Of a DNA stretch of 40,969 nucleotides, positions 23,389 through 32,207 are shown one piece after another. The stretch spans positions 1 through 40,969 of the forward strand of contig MHPC01000002.1 in NCBI GenBank assembly GCA_001820305.1, in the 5' to 3' direction. The notes beneath the pieces were generated by a model, which saw only the letters and a list, made by a program, of their open reading frames with translations, was not told the origin of the DNA and did no database searches. The position numbers and the translations under genes were made by a program. Position 1 is the stretch's first letter; every line of letters begins with the position of its first letter. This stretch comes from Candidatus Staskawiczbacteria bacterium RIFCSPLOWO2_01_FULL_43_17b. Lineage in GTDB: Bacteria; Patescibacteriota; Minisyncoccia; Minisyncoccales; Staskawiczbacteraceae.

Positions 23389-23414
23389 AGTCCCGTGGTT
23401 CGGACTACAGGACT
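23389..23414 (+). promoter_or_regulatory. inverted copy of the 22986 hairpin, 16 nt downstream of gene stop
   Basis: AGTCCCGTGGTTCGGACTACAGGACT = reverse complement of upstream hairpin. Confidence 0.5.
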
Positions 23415-23438
23415 AGAATATCATAGTAGAAACTAAGT

Positions 23439-24062
23439 ATGAATTTAAAAGAAACGTATAATAAAATTTCGGAGGCTTGGCACAAAGATCACTCAAGTGA
23501 TAATTGGTGGCAAGGTGGCACCGATACATTTGTCTCACTTTTAAAACAAGGTGATAGTGTTTTAGATGTTGGCTGTGGCGGTGGTACAAAAAGTAAATAT
23601 CTTATTGGAAAAGGGTTGAAGGTATTGGGTGTAGATTTTTCAGAAAATCTTGTTGAAATTGCAAAAAGGGAAGTTCCGCAGGGAAAATTTTTAGTAATGG
23701 ATGTAGGTAATATTGATACGTTGCCAGAAAGTTTTGACGGGATTTTTATGCAGGCGGTATTACTGCATATCCCCAAGAAAGAAGCCGAAGGCATTATAAA
23801 AAAAGTCGTTCATAAATTACATGTTGGCGGATATTTATACATTGCCGTTAAAGAGAAGATTGAGGGCGGGGTTGATGAAGAAACAAAAACTGATAATGAT
23901 TATGGCTATGAGTATGAACGATTTTTCAGCTATTTTACTCTGGACGAATTTAAAGAGTATTTTAAAAATACGGGCTTAGAGATGGTGTATGAAAATGTTG
24001 AACTGCCAAGCCGGACCGCTCGGAAAAGCAATTGGATGCAGGTGATTGGTAAAAAGAAATAA
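23439..24062 (+). CDS. class I SAM-dependent methyltransferase
   Basis: motif I VLDVGCGGGTKSKYL; 207 aa. Confidence 0.75.
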   Translation: MNLKETYNKISEAWHKDHSSDNWWQGGTDTFVSLLKQGDSVLDVGCGGGTKSKYLIGKGLKVLGVDFSENLVEIAKREVPQGKFLVMDVGNIDTLPESFDGIFMQAVLLHIPKKEAEGIIKKVVHKLHVGGYLYIAVKEKIEGGVDEETKTDNDYGYEYERFFSYFTLDEFKEYFKNTGLEMVYENVELPSRTARKSNWMQVIGKKK

Positions 24063-24082
24063 AAATTAAATAGAATACTTAT

Positions 24083-24772
24083 ATGGCAAAACTATTTTTA
24101 TTGAGGCATTTGAAATCACAGTGGAACAAGGATGATCGCTTTGCGGGGTGGGTGGATAACCCTCTTTCGGATGAAGGTCGGGCGCAAGCGGCGGGAATTG
24201 CCGACCAGTTGCGAGGCCAGCAAATTGACGTGGCGTATTGCAATGCTTTAATTCGTTGCACGGAAACCGTTTTGCGTGTGTATGAAAAAATAGATGGAAA
24301 ATATCCGTTGTTTTTGCATATTGATGGCGGGAACATGCAAGAATGGGGAAACTATACTGGCAATGGAATGGGCGAGGTGCCGTTTTACGTGAGCGAAAAA
24401 TTAAATGAGCGCTATTATGGTAGTGTGCAAGGGTTGAACAAAGCCCAGTGTAAAAAAGAATACGGTGAGGATGTAGTGCAGCAGTGGCGCAGGGCTTACA
24501 AAGTGGCGCCGCCGGAAGGGGAGTCAGGTGAAGACACGTTTAATCGTGTGTTGCCATTTTACCAACAATACATTGAAAAAGATTTAAAGGCCGGGAAAAA
24601 TGTGTTGGTGGTGGCCAGCCATAACAGTTTGCGGGCCATTGCCAAACATATTGAAAACATTTCTGATGATGACGTGGCGAATTTAGAACTCCCATTTGGG
24701 GCGCTGGTGGAATACGAATTTGACCCTTCGACAGGCTCAGGGCAGGCGGGAAAATTTACTAAGTTGCAATAA
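24083..24772 (+). CDS. gpmA: histidine phosphatase / 2,3-bisphosphoglycerate-dependent phosphoglycerate mutase-like (carries in-frame insertion near C-terminus)
   Basis: LLRHLKSQWNKDDRFAGWVDNPLSDEG (RHG-type catalytic motif variant); ...EYEFDPSTGSGQAGKF C-terminus. Confidence 0.65.
   Translation: MAKLFLLRHLKSQWNKDDRFAGWVDNPLSDEGRAQAAGIADQLRGQQIDVAYCNALIRCTETVLRVYEKIDGKYPLFLHIDGGNMQEWGNYTGNGMGEVPFYVSEKLNERYYGSVQGLNKAQCKKEYGEDVVQQWRRAYKVAPPEGESGEDTFNRVLPFYQQYIEKDLKAGKNVLVVASHNSLRAIAKHIENISDDDVANLELPFGALVEYEFDPSTGSGQAGKFTKLQ
24725..24748 (+). repeat. in-frame insertion element CCTTCGACAGGCTCAGGGCAGGCG (PSTGSGQA)
   Basis: identical core to 29291-29312 and 1655-1705. Confidence 0.6.
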
Positions 24773-24819
24773 AAACTTCCACGGATTATAATAAGTAAAA
24801 TTAATTTAATATTTTAAAA

Positions 24820-25257
24820 ATGGAAAATGAAAATCCTATCATAAACCCCGTCATTAATCCGGCCAATGAAATTGCGCCCGTTTCCTCGCCCGACAAGCCG
24901 CCTGCCGAGCCATCTGCCAAACAAAAATTCAGGTTTAATAAAAACCATCTATTTTTAGGGGTAGCGGTGTTGGCAATTATCATTACCGGAGCGGTCCTTG
25001 CCGGAAAAACCGGTTTTTTAAACTTCGTGCCGGCAGTAAACCCCTTTGGAATGTCCCAAGAAGCGGTGGCCAAAAAAGCCATTGATTATATTAATAAAAA
25101 TCTTATCGCCCAGGGCAGCAGCGCCGCTTCGCTGGGAGCGGTTTCAGAGGACCATGGGGTGATAAAAATGGAAGTGAAGCTGGGAAAGGAAAGTTTTGTA
25201 AGCTATGTGACCAAAGACGGAAAATTATTTTTCGTGGAAGGTATTTCATTAGAATAA
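24820..25257 (+). CDS. hypothetical membrane-anchored protein
   Basis: Pro-rich N-terminus, one TM (LFLGVAVLAIIITGAVLAG), C-terminal soluble domain; immediately upstream of glutaredoxin-like gene. Confidence 0.5.
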   Translation: MENENPIINPVINPANEIAPVSSPDKPPAEPSAKQKFRFNKNHLFLGVAVLAIIITGAVLAGKTGFLNFVPAVNPFGMSQEAVAKKAIDYINKNLIAQGSSAASLGAVSEDHGVIKMEVKLGKESFVSYVTKDGKLFFVEGISLE

Positions 25258-25261
25258 TAAT

Positions 25262-25492
25262 ATGATAACCATTTATTCCACGCCGACGTGCGTGTACTGC
25301 AAAAGTTTAAAAGAGTATTTTACGGAAAAAAACATTCAGTTCCGGGAAGTTGACGTCGCCGCCGATGAAAAAGAATTGGAAAAAATGGTAGCCATTTCCG
25401 GGCAGATGGGCGTGCCGGTGGTTGACTTGGACGGGGAAGTGGTGATTGGTTTTGACCGGGCTCGCATTGATGAAATTTTAAAACTTACTTAA
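25262..25492 (+). CDS. glutaredoxin-like protein (NrdH/Grx type), CxxC = CVYC
   Basis: 76 aa, IYSTPTCVYCKSLKEYF thioredoxin-fold N-terminus. Confidence 0.75.
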   Translation: MITIYSTPTCVYCKSLKEYFTEKNIQFREVDVAADEKELEKMVAISGQMGVPVVDLDGEVVIGFDRARIDEILKLT

Positions 25493-25493
25493 C

Positions 25494-26510
25494 ATGGCAA
25501 AAGTGGCAATCAATGGTTTTGGTCGCATTGGGCGGCAGGTGTTTAAGCGGATATTGCAAATGTATCCTGATTTGGACGTGGTGGCTATTAACGATTTAAC
25601 AGACACCAAAACCCTGGCGCATTTATTACAATATGATTCCAATTACGGCATGTTTGGCAAAGAAGTCATCCATAAAGAGCGCGCCATTTCCATTAACGGT
25701 AAAGAATATGCCGTGCTGGCCGAAAAGGATCCGGCCAAATTGCCCTGGAAAAAATTGGGCGTTGATATTGTGCTAGAATGCACTGGCTTTTTTACAGACA
25801 AAGAATCTGCCGGTCTGCACCTGGCTGCCGGCGCCAAAAAAGTGATTATTTCCGCTCCCTGCAAATCAAAAGACGTACCCAGTTTTGTGTTGGGCGTAAA
25901 CGCTGAAAAATATGACGGCAGTGTAGATGTGATGGACATGGGCAGCTGCACCACCAATTGCTTGGCTACGGTTGCCAAGGTTTTGCAAGATAATTTTGGA
26001 ATTGAAAAGGGGTTTATGACCACCGTTCACAGCTACACCAATGATCAGAGCATTTTGGATCTTCCTCACAAAGATTTACGGCGTGCCCGGGCAGCAGCGG
26101 TTAATATTATTCCCACCAGTACCGGGGCCGCCAAGGCGATTGGAAAGGTAATCCCTCAACTTGAAGGAAAATTAGACGGCATTGCCATCCGGGTGCCAAC
26201 ACCGGTGGTTTCAGTTTTAGACTTGATTGTCAATGTGGACAGAGCCACCACCAAAGAAGAGGTGAATGAAGCATTCCAGTTGGCCGCCGCCAAAGACACG
26301 TTTAAAGGAATTTTGGGGGTTGAGGAACAGCCGTTGGTTTCCAGTGATTTTAAGGGTGATTCGCGTTCGTCTATTGTTGACCTTCAAGAAACCATGGTAA
26401 GCGGTAATTTGGTCAAAGTCCTGGCTTGGTATGATAACGAGTGGGGATTTAGCTGTAGACTCGCCGAATTCACAGAATTCGTAGCGAGCCAGCTAAATAT
26501 GCATTCGTAA
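25494..26510 (+). CDS. gap: glyceraldehyde-3-phosphate dehydrogenase
   Basis: INGFGRIGR NAD motif, active-site SCTTNCLA. Confidence 0.9.
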   Translation: MAKVAINGFGRIGRQVFKRILQMYPDLDVVAINDLTDTKTLAHLLQYDSNYGMFGKEVIHKERAISINGKEYAVLAEKDPAKLPWKKLGVDIVLECTGFFTDKESAGLHLAAGAKKVIISAPCKSKDVPSFVLGVNAEKYDGSVDVMDMGSCTTNCLATVAKVLQDNFGIEKGFMTTVHSYTNDQSILDLPHKDLRRARAAAVNIIPTSTGAAKAIGKVIPQLEGKLDGIAIRVPTPVVSVLDLIVNVDRATTKEEVNEAFQLAAAKDTFKGILGVEEQPLVSSDFKGDSRSSIVDLQETMVSGNLVKVLAWYDNEWGFSCRLAEFTEFVASQLNMHS

Positions 26511-26511
26511 A

Positions 26512-26720
26512 AAGGGGGTCGGGGAAATTGGTAAGGGAGCTTTTTACGCGACACTTAGTTCTGCTCAGACAGAACCCCGTGAAGGAAAACAGTGCCGTCA
26601 ATACGCACACGCGTGTGCGTATTGACGGACACGTTAGAAACCGTGGGTTTCTAAGGAGCGAACCCGAAGGGGGAGCGACAGAGTGGGCTTCTCTTGTCGA
26701 TTGGCGGAGTTTACGGATTT
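26512..26720 (+). other. GC-rich structured element copy 2 (starts AAGGGGGTCGGGGAAA; contains perfect 34-nt palindrome CCGTCAATACGCACACGCGTGTGCGTATTGACGG at 26595-26628)
   Basis: shares 16-mer and blocks CCCCGTGAAGGAAA, GAAACCGTGGGTTTCTAAGGAGCGAACC, GGGGAGCGACAGAG with copy at 27-156. Confidence 0.4.
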
Positions 26721-26733
26721 GATAGCAAAAAAG

Positions 26734-26811
26734 TTATCCCGATCAATTTAGCAAAGCTAAATTGATACGGGATCCCGTATCAAAATTTATACTAAATTTT
26801 TATCGGGATAG
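26734..26811. mobile_element. MITE-like hairpin element copy 2 (TTATCCCGAT-caATTTAGCAAAGCTAAAT-TGATACGGGATCCCGTATCA-...-ATCGGGATAG), no cargo
   Basis: same palindromes and terminal inverted repeats as 13728-13877. Confidence 0.55.
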
Positions 26812-26867
26812 TTTTATACAAAAAAATGAACCCGGCCTTGATGGTCGGGTTCTTGGTTGAGGCGGGA

Positions 26868-27149
26868 TTATGGATGGCCGACAGAAAAAGACAACCATGC
26901 GCCAACCGCCAGGGAGTACTCCGCGGTACTATCTTGTCCGCTTTTGACGATGATACCTAGTTTTTCGAGTTTGTTAATGTACTCGCAAACCTTGGCTTCG
27001 TCCCACACCGCCAATGTAACGAGATCACGCATTGATAGGCTTATCTTGTTTTGTTTGGCGCGGAAGAGTTCCGCTTGGATGTAAAGCTTTTTTAAGCTAT
27101 CGGGATCGTTGATGCCGATCTTGTTGGCGCTAACACAATCTTGCAGCAT
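26868..27149 (-). CDS. hypothetical protein (93 aa), possible winged-helix
   Basis: ATG at 27149 with GGAG 10 nt upstream; no strong motif. Confidence 0.4.
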   Translation of the reverse strand: MLQDCVSANKIGINDPDSLKKLYIQAELFRAKQNKISLSMRDLVTLAVWDEAKVCEYINKLEKLGIIVKSGQDSTAEYSLAVGAWLSFSVGHP

Positions 27150-27277
27150 AGCTTTTTTCTCCGGTGGTTGAATAGAATCAAAGGGCGACTAAGTTAGATT
27201 CTATACTGTTCATTGAATTTGTCAAACCTTGTTCTCTAAATTTCTAAAAGGTATAATGACTGAATAAGATAATAAAG

Positions 27278-29710
27278 ATGAAAAATGTTTTGTGGTTTAA
27301 AGAGCTAGGCATTAAAGATGTGCCGCAGGTGGGCGGGAAAAATGCCTCGCTTGGTGAAATGTATAATAATTTGCTAAGTAAGGGAGTTAATTTGGCAAAC
27401 GGTTTTGCCACCACCTCCCAGGCTTATTTTATTTTTCTGGAAAAAAGCGGCTTGTCTTTGCAAATCCAGAACATTTTAAAAGATATTAATGTGCATGACC
27501 TGGCCGCACTGCAAGAAAAAGGCAAGAAAGTGCGCCAGCTTATTTTGAGTGTTAATTTGCAGCCCGCCCTTCAAGAAGAAATCATCGCGGCTTACCGCCA
27601 GCTGTCGGATATGTACGGGTCAAAAAATACCGATGTGGCAGTAAGGTCTTCGGCCACTGCCGAAGACCTGCCCGGAGCCAGTTTTGCCGGCCAACAGGAA
27701 ACGTTTTTAAATGTTACCGGGGAACAAAATGTATTGGAGGCGGTGAAAAAATGCTTTGCATCTTTGTTCACTGACCGGGCCATTGCTTACCGCCAGGAAA
27801 TGGGGTTTGGGCATACCAAAGTGGGCTTATCGGCTGGCATCCAAAAAATGGTGCGCTCCGACGTGGGCGCCAGCGGCGTGATGTTTTCCTGTGACACGGA
27901 AAGCGGTTTTGGCGACGTGGTGCTCATTAACGCCAGCTATGGTTTGGGTGAAAATGTGGTGTTGGGAAGAGTGGAGCCGGACCAATATTACGTGTTTGAG
28001 CCTACCCTAAAAACGGGGCACAAACCCATTATCCAAAAAAAAATCGGGTCAAAGCTTTTGACCATGGTTTACACCAAAGACCCAAAAAACCCGATTAAAA
28101 ACACCAAAACCTTGCCAAAAAACCAGCAATCATTTGTGTTGGCAGATGAAGAAATTTTGCAGCTGGCTAAGTGGTCAATGCTGGTGGAAGCCCACTACCA
28201 AAAACCCATGGACATGGAATGGGCCAAAGACGGTATTGACGGCAAATTGTATATTGTCCAAGCTAGGCCCGAAACCGTACAAAGCAAACGGAACGTGAAT
28301 GTGCTAGAAGATTACGTTTTGCAAACACCCAAAACCCAACACCTAACACCCATTGCTAGGGGCATGAGTGTCGGGGGAAAAATCGGATCCGGCAAGGCCC
28401 ATAAAATTTTAAGCCCGAAGGATATTAATAATTTCAAAAAAGGGGAAGTGCTGGTAACCGGCATGACAGACCCGGACTGGGTGCCGGCCATGAAACTGGC
28501 CAGCGCGATTATTACCGACCAGGGCGGTCGCACGGCTCACGCGGCCATTGTTTCCCGTGAATTGGGAATTCCCTGCATTGTGGGCGCGGGCAATGCCACT
28601 AAAACCGTAAAAACCGGCCAGGAAATTACCGTGGATTGTTCCGGCGGAGAAGAGGGCTTTGCTTACGAAGGCATTATTCCGTTTGAAATAAAAAAAGTAG
28701 ATATTTCAAAATTAAAAAAGCCCAAAACTAAAATCGCCATGAACTTGGCAGACCCTTCCCAAGCCTTTAATTTAAGCTTTATTCCCAATGACGGCGTGGG
28801 CCTAGCGCGGGAAGAATTTATTATTGCCAACACCATCAAAATTCACCCCAACGCCCTGATAGATTACAAAAAATTAAAGCCGGCGCTGCGTAAAAAAATT
28901 GACGCGCTGACGCTGGGGTATGAAAATAAGATTGATTTTTACGTTGATAAATTGGCCGAAGGGGTGGGGAAAATTGGCGCGGCATTTTACCCAAAACAGG
29001 TGATAGTGCGATTTTCTGATTTTAAAACCAACGAATACCGTCAGTTGGTAGGCGGCGAGCTTTACGAAATGCATGAAGAAAATCCCATGATGGGTTTTCG
29101 CGGAGCTTCCCGGTATTATCACGAAAGTTTCAAGCAGGCCTTTATGTTGGAATGCCAGGCCATTAAAAAAGTGCGGGAGGAATTTGGCATTGATAACGTG
29201 CAAGTGATGATTCCCATGTGCCGGACTATTGAAGAGGGCCAGAAGGTGCTGGAAGTCATGAAGGAAGCCGGTTTGGTGAAAGGTGAGAACCCTTCGACAG
29301 GCTCAGGGCAAGTGGCCTTGAAAGTATATGTCATGTGCGAACTTCCGGCTAACGTGGTTTTAGCAGAACAGTTTTTGGAAATGTTTGACGGCTTTTCCAT
29401 TGGGTCTAATGATTTAACCCAGTTTACCCTGGGCCTGGACCGCGATAATTCGGAAATGTCCGGCGTTGCCAACGAAAAAAATGATGCGGTGAAAGAATTA
29501 ATTAAAGAGGCGGTGCGGGTTTGTAAAAAAATGGGGAAATATTCGGGCATTTGCGGAGACGCGCCTTCCACATTCCTTGAATTTACCAAATTTTTGGTAG
29601 ACCAGGGCATTGAATCAATTTCTTTGTCATCAGACGCCATTATTAAAACTACGATGGCGGTACTTGAGTATGAAAAGGAAAAATCCGCAAATACAATTAA
29701 TAGGACGTAG
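27278..29710 (+). CDS. ppsA: phosphoenolpyruvate synthase (pyruvate, water dikinase) carrying in-frame insertion
   Basis: N-terminal FKELGIKDVPQVGGKNASLGEM, phosphohistidine domain GGRTAHAAIVSRELGIPCIVG, C-terminal PEP-utilising domain; 810 aa. Confidence 0.9.
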   Translation: MKNVLWFKELGIKDVPQVGGKNASLGEMYNNLLSKGVNLANGFATTSQAYFIFLEKSGLSLQIQNILKDINVHDLAALQEKGKKVRQLILSVNLQPALQEEIIAAYRQLSDMYGSKNTDVAVRSSATAEDLPGASFAGQQETFLNVTGEQNVLEAVKKCFASLFTDRAIAYRQEMGFGHTKVGLSAGIQKMVRSDVGASGVMFSCDTESGFGDVVLINASYGLGENVVLGRVEPDQYYVFEPTLKTGHKPIIQKKIGSKLLTMVYTKDPKNPIKNTKTLPKNQQSFVLADEEILQLAKWSMLVEAHYQKPMDMEWAKDGIDGKLYIVQARPETVQSKRNVNVLEDYVLQTPKTQHLTPIARGMSVGGKIGSGKAHKILSPKDINNFKKGEVLVTGMTDPDWVPAMKLASAIITDQGGRTAHAAIVSRELGIPCIVGAGNATKTVKTGQEITVDCSGGEEGFAYEGIIPFEIKKVDISKLKKPKTKIAMNLADPSQAFNLSFIPNDGVGLAREEFIIANTIKIHPNALIDYKKLKPALRKKIDALTLGYENKIDFYVDKLAEGVGKIGAAFYPKQVIVRFSDFKTNEYRQLVGGELYEMHEENPMMGFRGASRYYHESFKQAFMLECQAIKKVREEFGIDNVQVMIPMCRTIEEGQKVLEVMKEAGLVKGENPSTGSGQVALKVYVMCELPANVVLAEQFLEMFDGFSIGSNDLTQFTLGLDRDNSEMSGVANEKNDAVKELIKEAVRVCKKMGKYSGICGDAPSTFLEFTKFLVDQGIESISLSSDAIIKTTMAVLEYEKEKSANTINRT
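29291..29312 (+). repeat. in-frame insertion element CCTTCGACAGGCTCAGGGCAAG (PSTGSGQV)
   Basis: splits conserved ...GLVKGEN|...|ALKVYVMCELPANV block of PpsA. Confidence 0.6.
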
Positions 29711-29735
29711 GATTGGTTAGTCACACATCATCTCC

Positions 29736-29761
29736 ACACCCATGCACCAACGCATGGGTGT
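29736..29761 (+). promoter_or_regulatory. hairpin ACACCCATGC-ACCAAC-GCATGGGTGT 7 nt upstream of TrpR-like paralog 2; inverted, wobble-paired partner at 30211-30239
   Basis: 10-bp perfect stem; downstream copy ACACTTATGCATTGGTGCGTGGGTACACT is its approximate reverse complement. Confidence 0.45.
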
Positions 29762-29768
29762 AAGAAAT

Positions 29769-30200
29769 ATGCCAACATTCCACCTAAATAGTTTACCAAA
29801 AGAAAAGAGAATTCAAATGATTGGCGAGTTTTATGATACGGTTGATTCACTGAAAGACAGGCAAGAGGTTCGCTCATTTTTCAAATCATTGCTAGCCGCC
29901 GATGAAATTGCTGCGCTCATGAGGAGGATTGAAGTGGCAATGCTTCTATCTGCTGAATATAGCTACGATAAAATCAAGAAAATGTTGGGGGTGGGGAATA
30001 ATAAAATTTCTAGTGTGCATAAAGCGTTGCTTCAAGACGATAGTGGATATGCTATGATTGTTAAAAGATTGATTGAGGACAGGAAAAATAGGTTAATAAA
30101 AATAAAAAAAGAAGGGAAGGGTACAATAGACGAAAAAGAATTAGAAAGGGAGGCGCTACTATTTACTCCGTCGTCTGCGGCGGTCAGGAGAAAGAAATAG
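29769..30200 (+). CDS. TrpR/YerC-YecD-like helix-turn-helix protein (paralog 2, longer C-terminal tail)
   Basis: about 70% identical to 23019-23372 over first 110 aa (MPTFHLNSLPKEKRIQMIGEFYDTVDSLKDRQEV...); start set to ATG 29769 by homology. Confidence 0.6.
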   Translation: MPTFHLNSLPKEKRIQMIGEFYDTVDSLKDRQEVRSFFKSLLAADEIAALMRRIEVAMLLSAEYSYDKIKKMLGVGNNKISSVHKALLQDDSGYAMIVKRLIEDRKNRLIKIKKEGKGTIDEKELEREALLFTPSSAAVRRKK

Positions 30201-30210
30201 TAATTATGGC

Positions 30211-30239
30211 ACACTTATGCATTGGTGCGTGGGTACACT
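30211..30239 (+). promoter_or_regulatory. downstream inverted copy of 29736 hairpin
   Basis: see 29736-29761. Confidence 0.4.
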
Positions 30240-30254
30240 CAATTAAATAAAAGC

Positions 30255-31238
30255 ATGGAAAATCAAGTAAATCCTACACCTAATCCTATAAATAATAATT
30301 TTCCAGAAAAAAGATATATCTCCACTGGAATGGGGATTTTAGTTATTTTAGTTATGGCATTTTTACTTTTTGGTGGGGTATTTGCATATCAGTATTTCGT
30401 AGTAAGGCAAGTTTCATTAATTAATATTGAGCCATCAACTAATGCAAAAAATTCGAATACCTTTGTAATAGATTGGACAGAAGGCAGGGAATATAGCGAG
30501 CATGTAGTAAGTAAAGAAGCTAAGTTTACTATTCACAGACAGCCTACTGAATATAGTTACGACAAAGAATTAGGTTGGCCAGTAATAAAAAATATTGCAG
30601 ATCAACAAGTTTTAATTAAAATAAATAATATTCTTGATTTTGATACGAATTTAAAGAAATATTATAGTAATACATTCAGTGAGTTCGATGCAACTGAAAA
30701 TAATGGTATTACATCAATAGGTTTTGATGTAAATTATGATAAAAATAACATTTTGAGTTTGATAATCCATATTGCTCATTATGGAGCTTACCCTGATGAA
30801 AATACTATAAATTATTTAATAAATCTTAAAAGCGGAGAAGTACTTAAATTCACTGATATTTTTCATCAGGAAAATGCTGAAGGCCTACTAAGCTTGTTAA
30901 ATAAAAAGTTGCAGAATAATATTGACGAGAGAATAGATTTCGAAAAAAACGAAAACTCCAAGAGGATAGATCCTTTGGCTCAATTAAACGCATGTTCTGA
31001 TGTGGAGATGATTCAGATTCTTCAAAGAGTAAAAGAGTATGCCATAATAACCAATGGGGATTTAACTGATTTTACAAATTTCAAGATTACTGCAGATGGT
31101 GTGTATTTTGTGTTTGAATTTGGATTTAATCATGCAACTCATGCCTGTGAGCCTGAGGGTAATTTAATTCTGACTTATTCAGAATTAAAGCCCTATATCA
31201 GTTTAGATGGTTTATTAGCCAGTGAAATTAAAAATTAA
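30255..31238 (+). CDS. DUF3298/DUF4163 (RsiV/PdaC-N-like) domain membrane-anchored protein
   Basis: N-terminal TM; ...IIHIAHYGAYPDENT... resembles the DUF3298 GGAHP-type block; very AT-rich, Asn/Ile/Lys-rich. Confidence 0.5.
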   Translation: MENQVNPTPNPINNNFPEKRYISTGMGILVILVMAFLLFGGVFAYQYFVVRQVSLINIEPSTNAKNSNTFVIDWTEGREYSEHVVSKEAKFTIHRQPTEYSYDKELGWPVIKNIADQQVLIKINNILDFDTNLKKYYSNTFSEFDATENNGITSIGFDVNYDKNNILSLIIHIAHYGAYPDENTINYLINLKSGEVLKFTDIFHQENAEGLLSLLNKKLQNNIDERIDFEKNENSKRIDPLAQLNACSDVEMIQILQRVKEYAIITNGDLTDFTNFKITADGVYFVFEFGFNHATHACEPEGNLILTYSELKPYISLDGLLASEIKN

Positions 31239-31241
31239 ACT

Positions 31242-32207
31242 ATGTTTGACATAATCACTTTCGGGTCGGCTACTCAGGATTTAATTTTGAAGCCGAAAAA
31301 TGTGACCACGTTGCATTATGAAAAGTCTCCTAGCCAGAAAGAGGTGTGTTTTCCGATCGGGTCGAAAGTTGATATAGAAAAGATGGATTTTTATTCTGGA
31401 GGGGGTGGAACCAACACTGCCGCCACGTTTGCCTTGCAAGGTTTTAAAACCGCTTTTTGCGGCATGGTGGGGCAAGATGTTTCCGGCCAGGAAATTATCA
31501 ATGAGTTGAAGGCGTTAAAAATAAATACGGTTTTGGTTCAAAAAACCGCTGAAAAACGGACCAACCATTCCGTGATTATTTTAAACACGGGAACCGACAG
31601 GACGATTTTGGCCTACCGTGGCGCTGCCGAGTTGATGAAAGACGTGCCTTTTAGAAAAATATCGGCCAAGTGGCTATATTTGGCACCGCTTTCAGGACTG
31701 TTGTGTGATAGTTTTGAACAGCTGGTAAATTTCGCCCATCAAAATAACATAAAGGTTGCCGTCAATCCGGGCATGGCGCAATTATCACTGCCGAATTTTG
31801 CCCAGATCGCCAAAAAAATTGATGTGTTGATCATGAACCAGGAAGAAGCCAGTTTTTTGACCAAAGTGCCGGTTGAAAACGAAAAAGAGATATTTAAAAA
31901 ACTGGATGAAATTTGTTCGGGTATTGTGGTGATGACTCGCGGCGGTGAAGGTGTGGTGGTTTCTGATGGCAAGCAACTGTTTGGCGCGGTTCCGCCAAAA
32001 GAAAGAAATATTGTTGACACCACGGGGGCGGGTGATGCGTTTGGGTCTGGTTTTGTAGGCGAGTTTATGCGCAGCGGTGATATTGAAAAGTCTATCCAAT
32101 GTGGCATGGCTAATTCTGTCGGTTGCTTATCAGAAGTGGGAGCCAAACATGGATTATTGAAGAAGGGCCAGGAGTTTGAAAAAGTGGAGGTTATAAAAAA
32201 TATATGA
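31242..32207 (+). CDS. PfkB-family carbohydrate kinase (ribokinase/adenosine kinase-like)
   Basis: N-terminal GG motif (DFYSGGGGTNTA), C-terminal DTTGAGDAFGSGFV signature. Confidence 0.8.
   Translation: MFDIITFGSATQDLILKPKNVTTLHYEKSPSQKEVCFPIGSKVDIEKMDFYSGGGGTNTAATFALQGFKTAFCGMVGQDVSGQEIINELKALKINTVLVQKTAEKRTNHSVIILNTGTDRTILAYRGAAELMKDVPFRKISAKWLYLAPLSGLLCDSFEQLVNFAHQNNIKVAVNPGMAQLSLPNFAQIAKKIDVLIMNQEEASFLTKVPVENEKEIFKKLDEICSGIVVMTRGGEGVVVSDGKQLFGAVPPKERNIVDTTGAGDAFGSGFVGEFMRSGDIEKSIQCGMANSVGCLSEVGAKHGLLKKGQEFEKVEVIKNI

Noticed and set aside
22985-23415. IS200/IS605-type or other insertion sequence interpretation of the hairpin-flanked TrpR-like genes
   Set aside because: the encoded proteins lack HUH/Y, DDE or serine-recombinase motifs, and the two copies have different end sequences; kept as regulatory/ancient-cassette hypothesis only.
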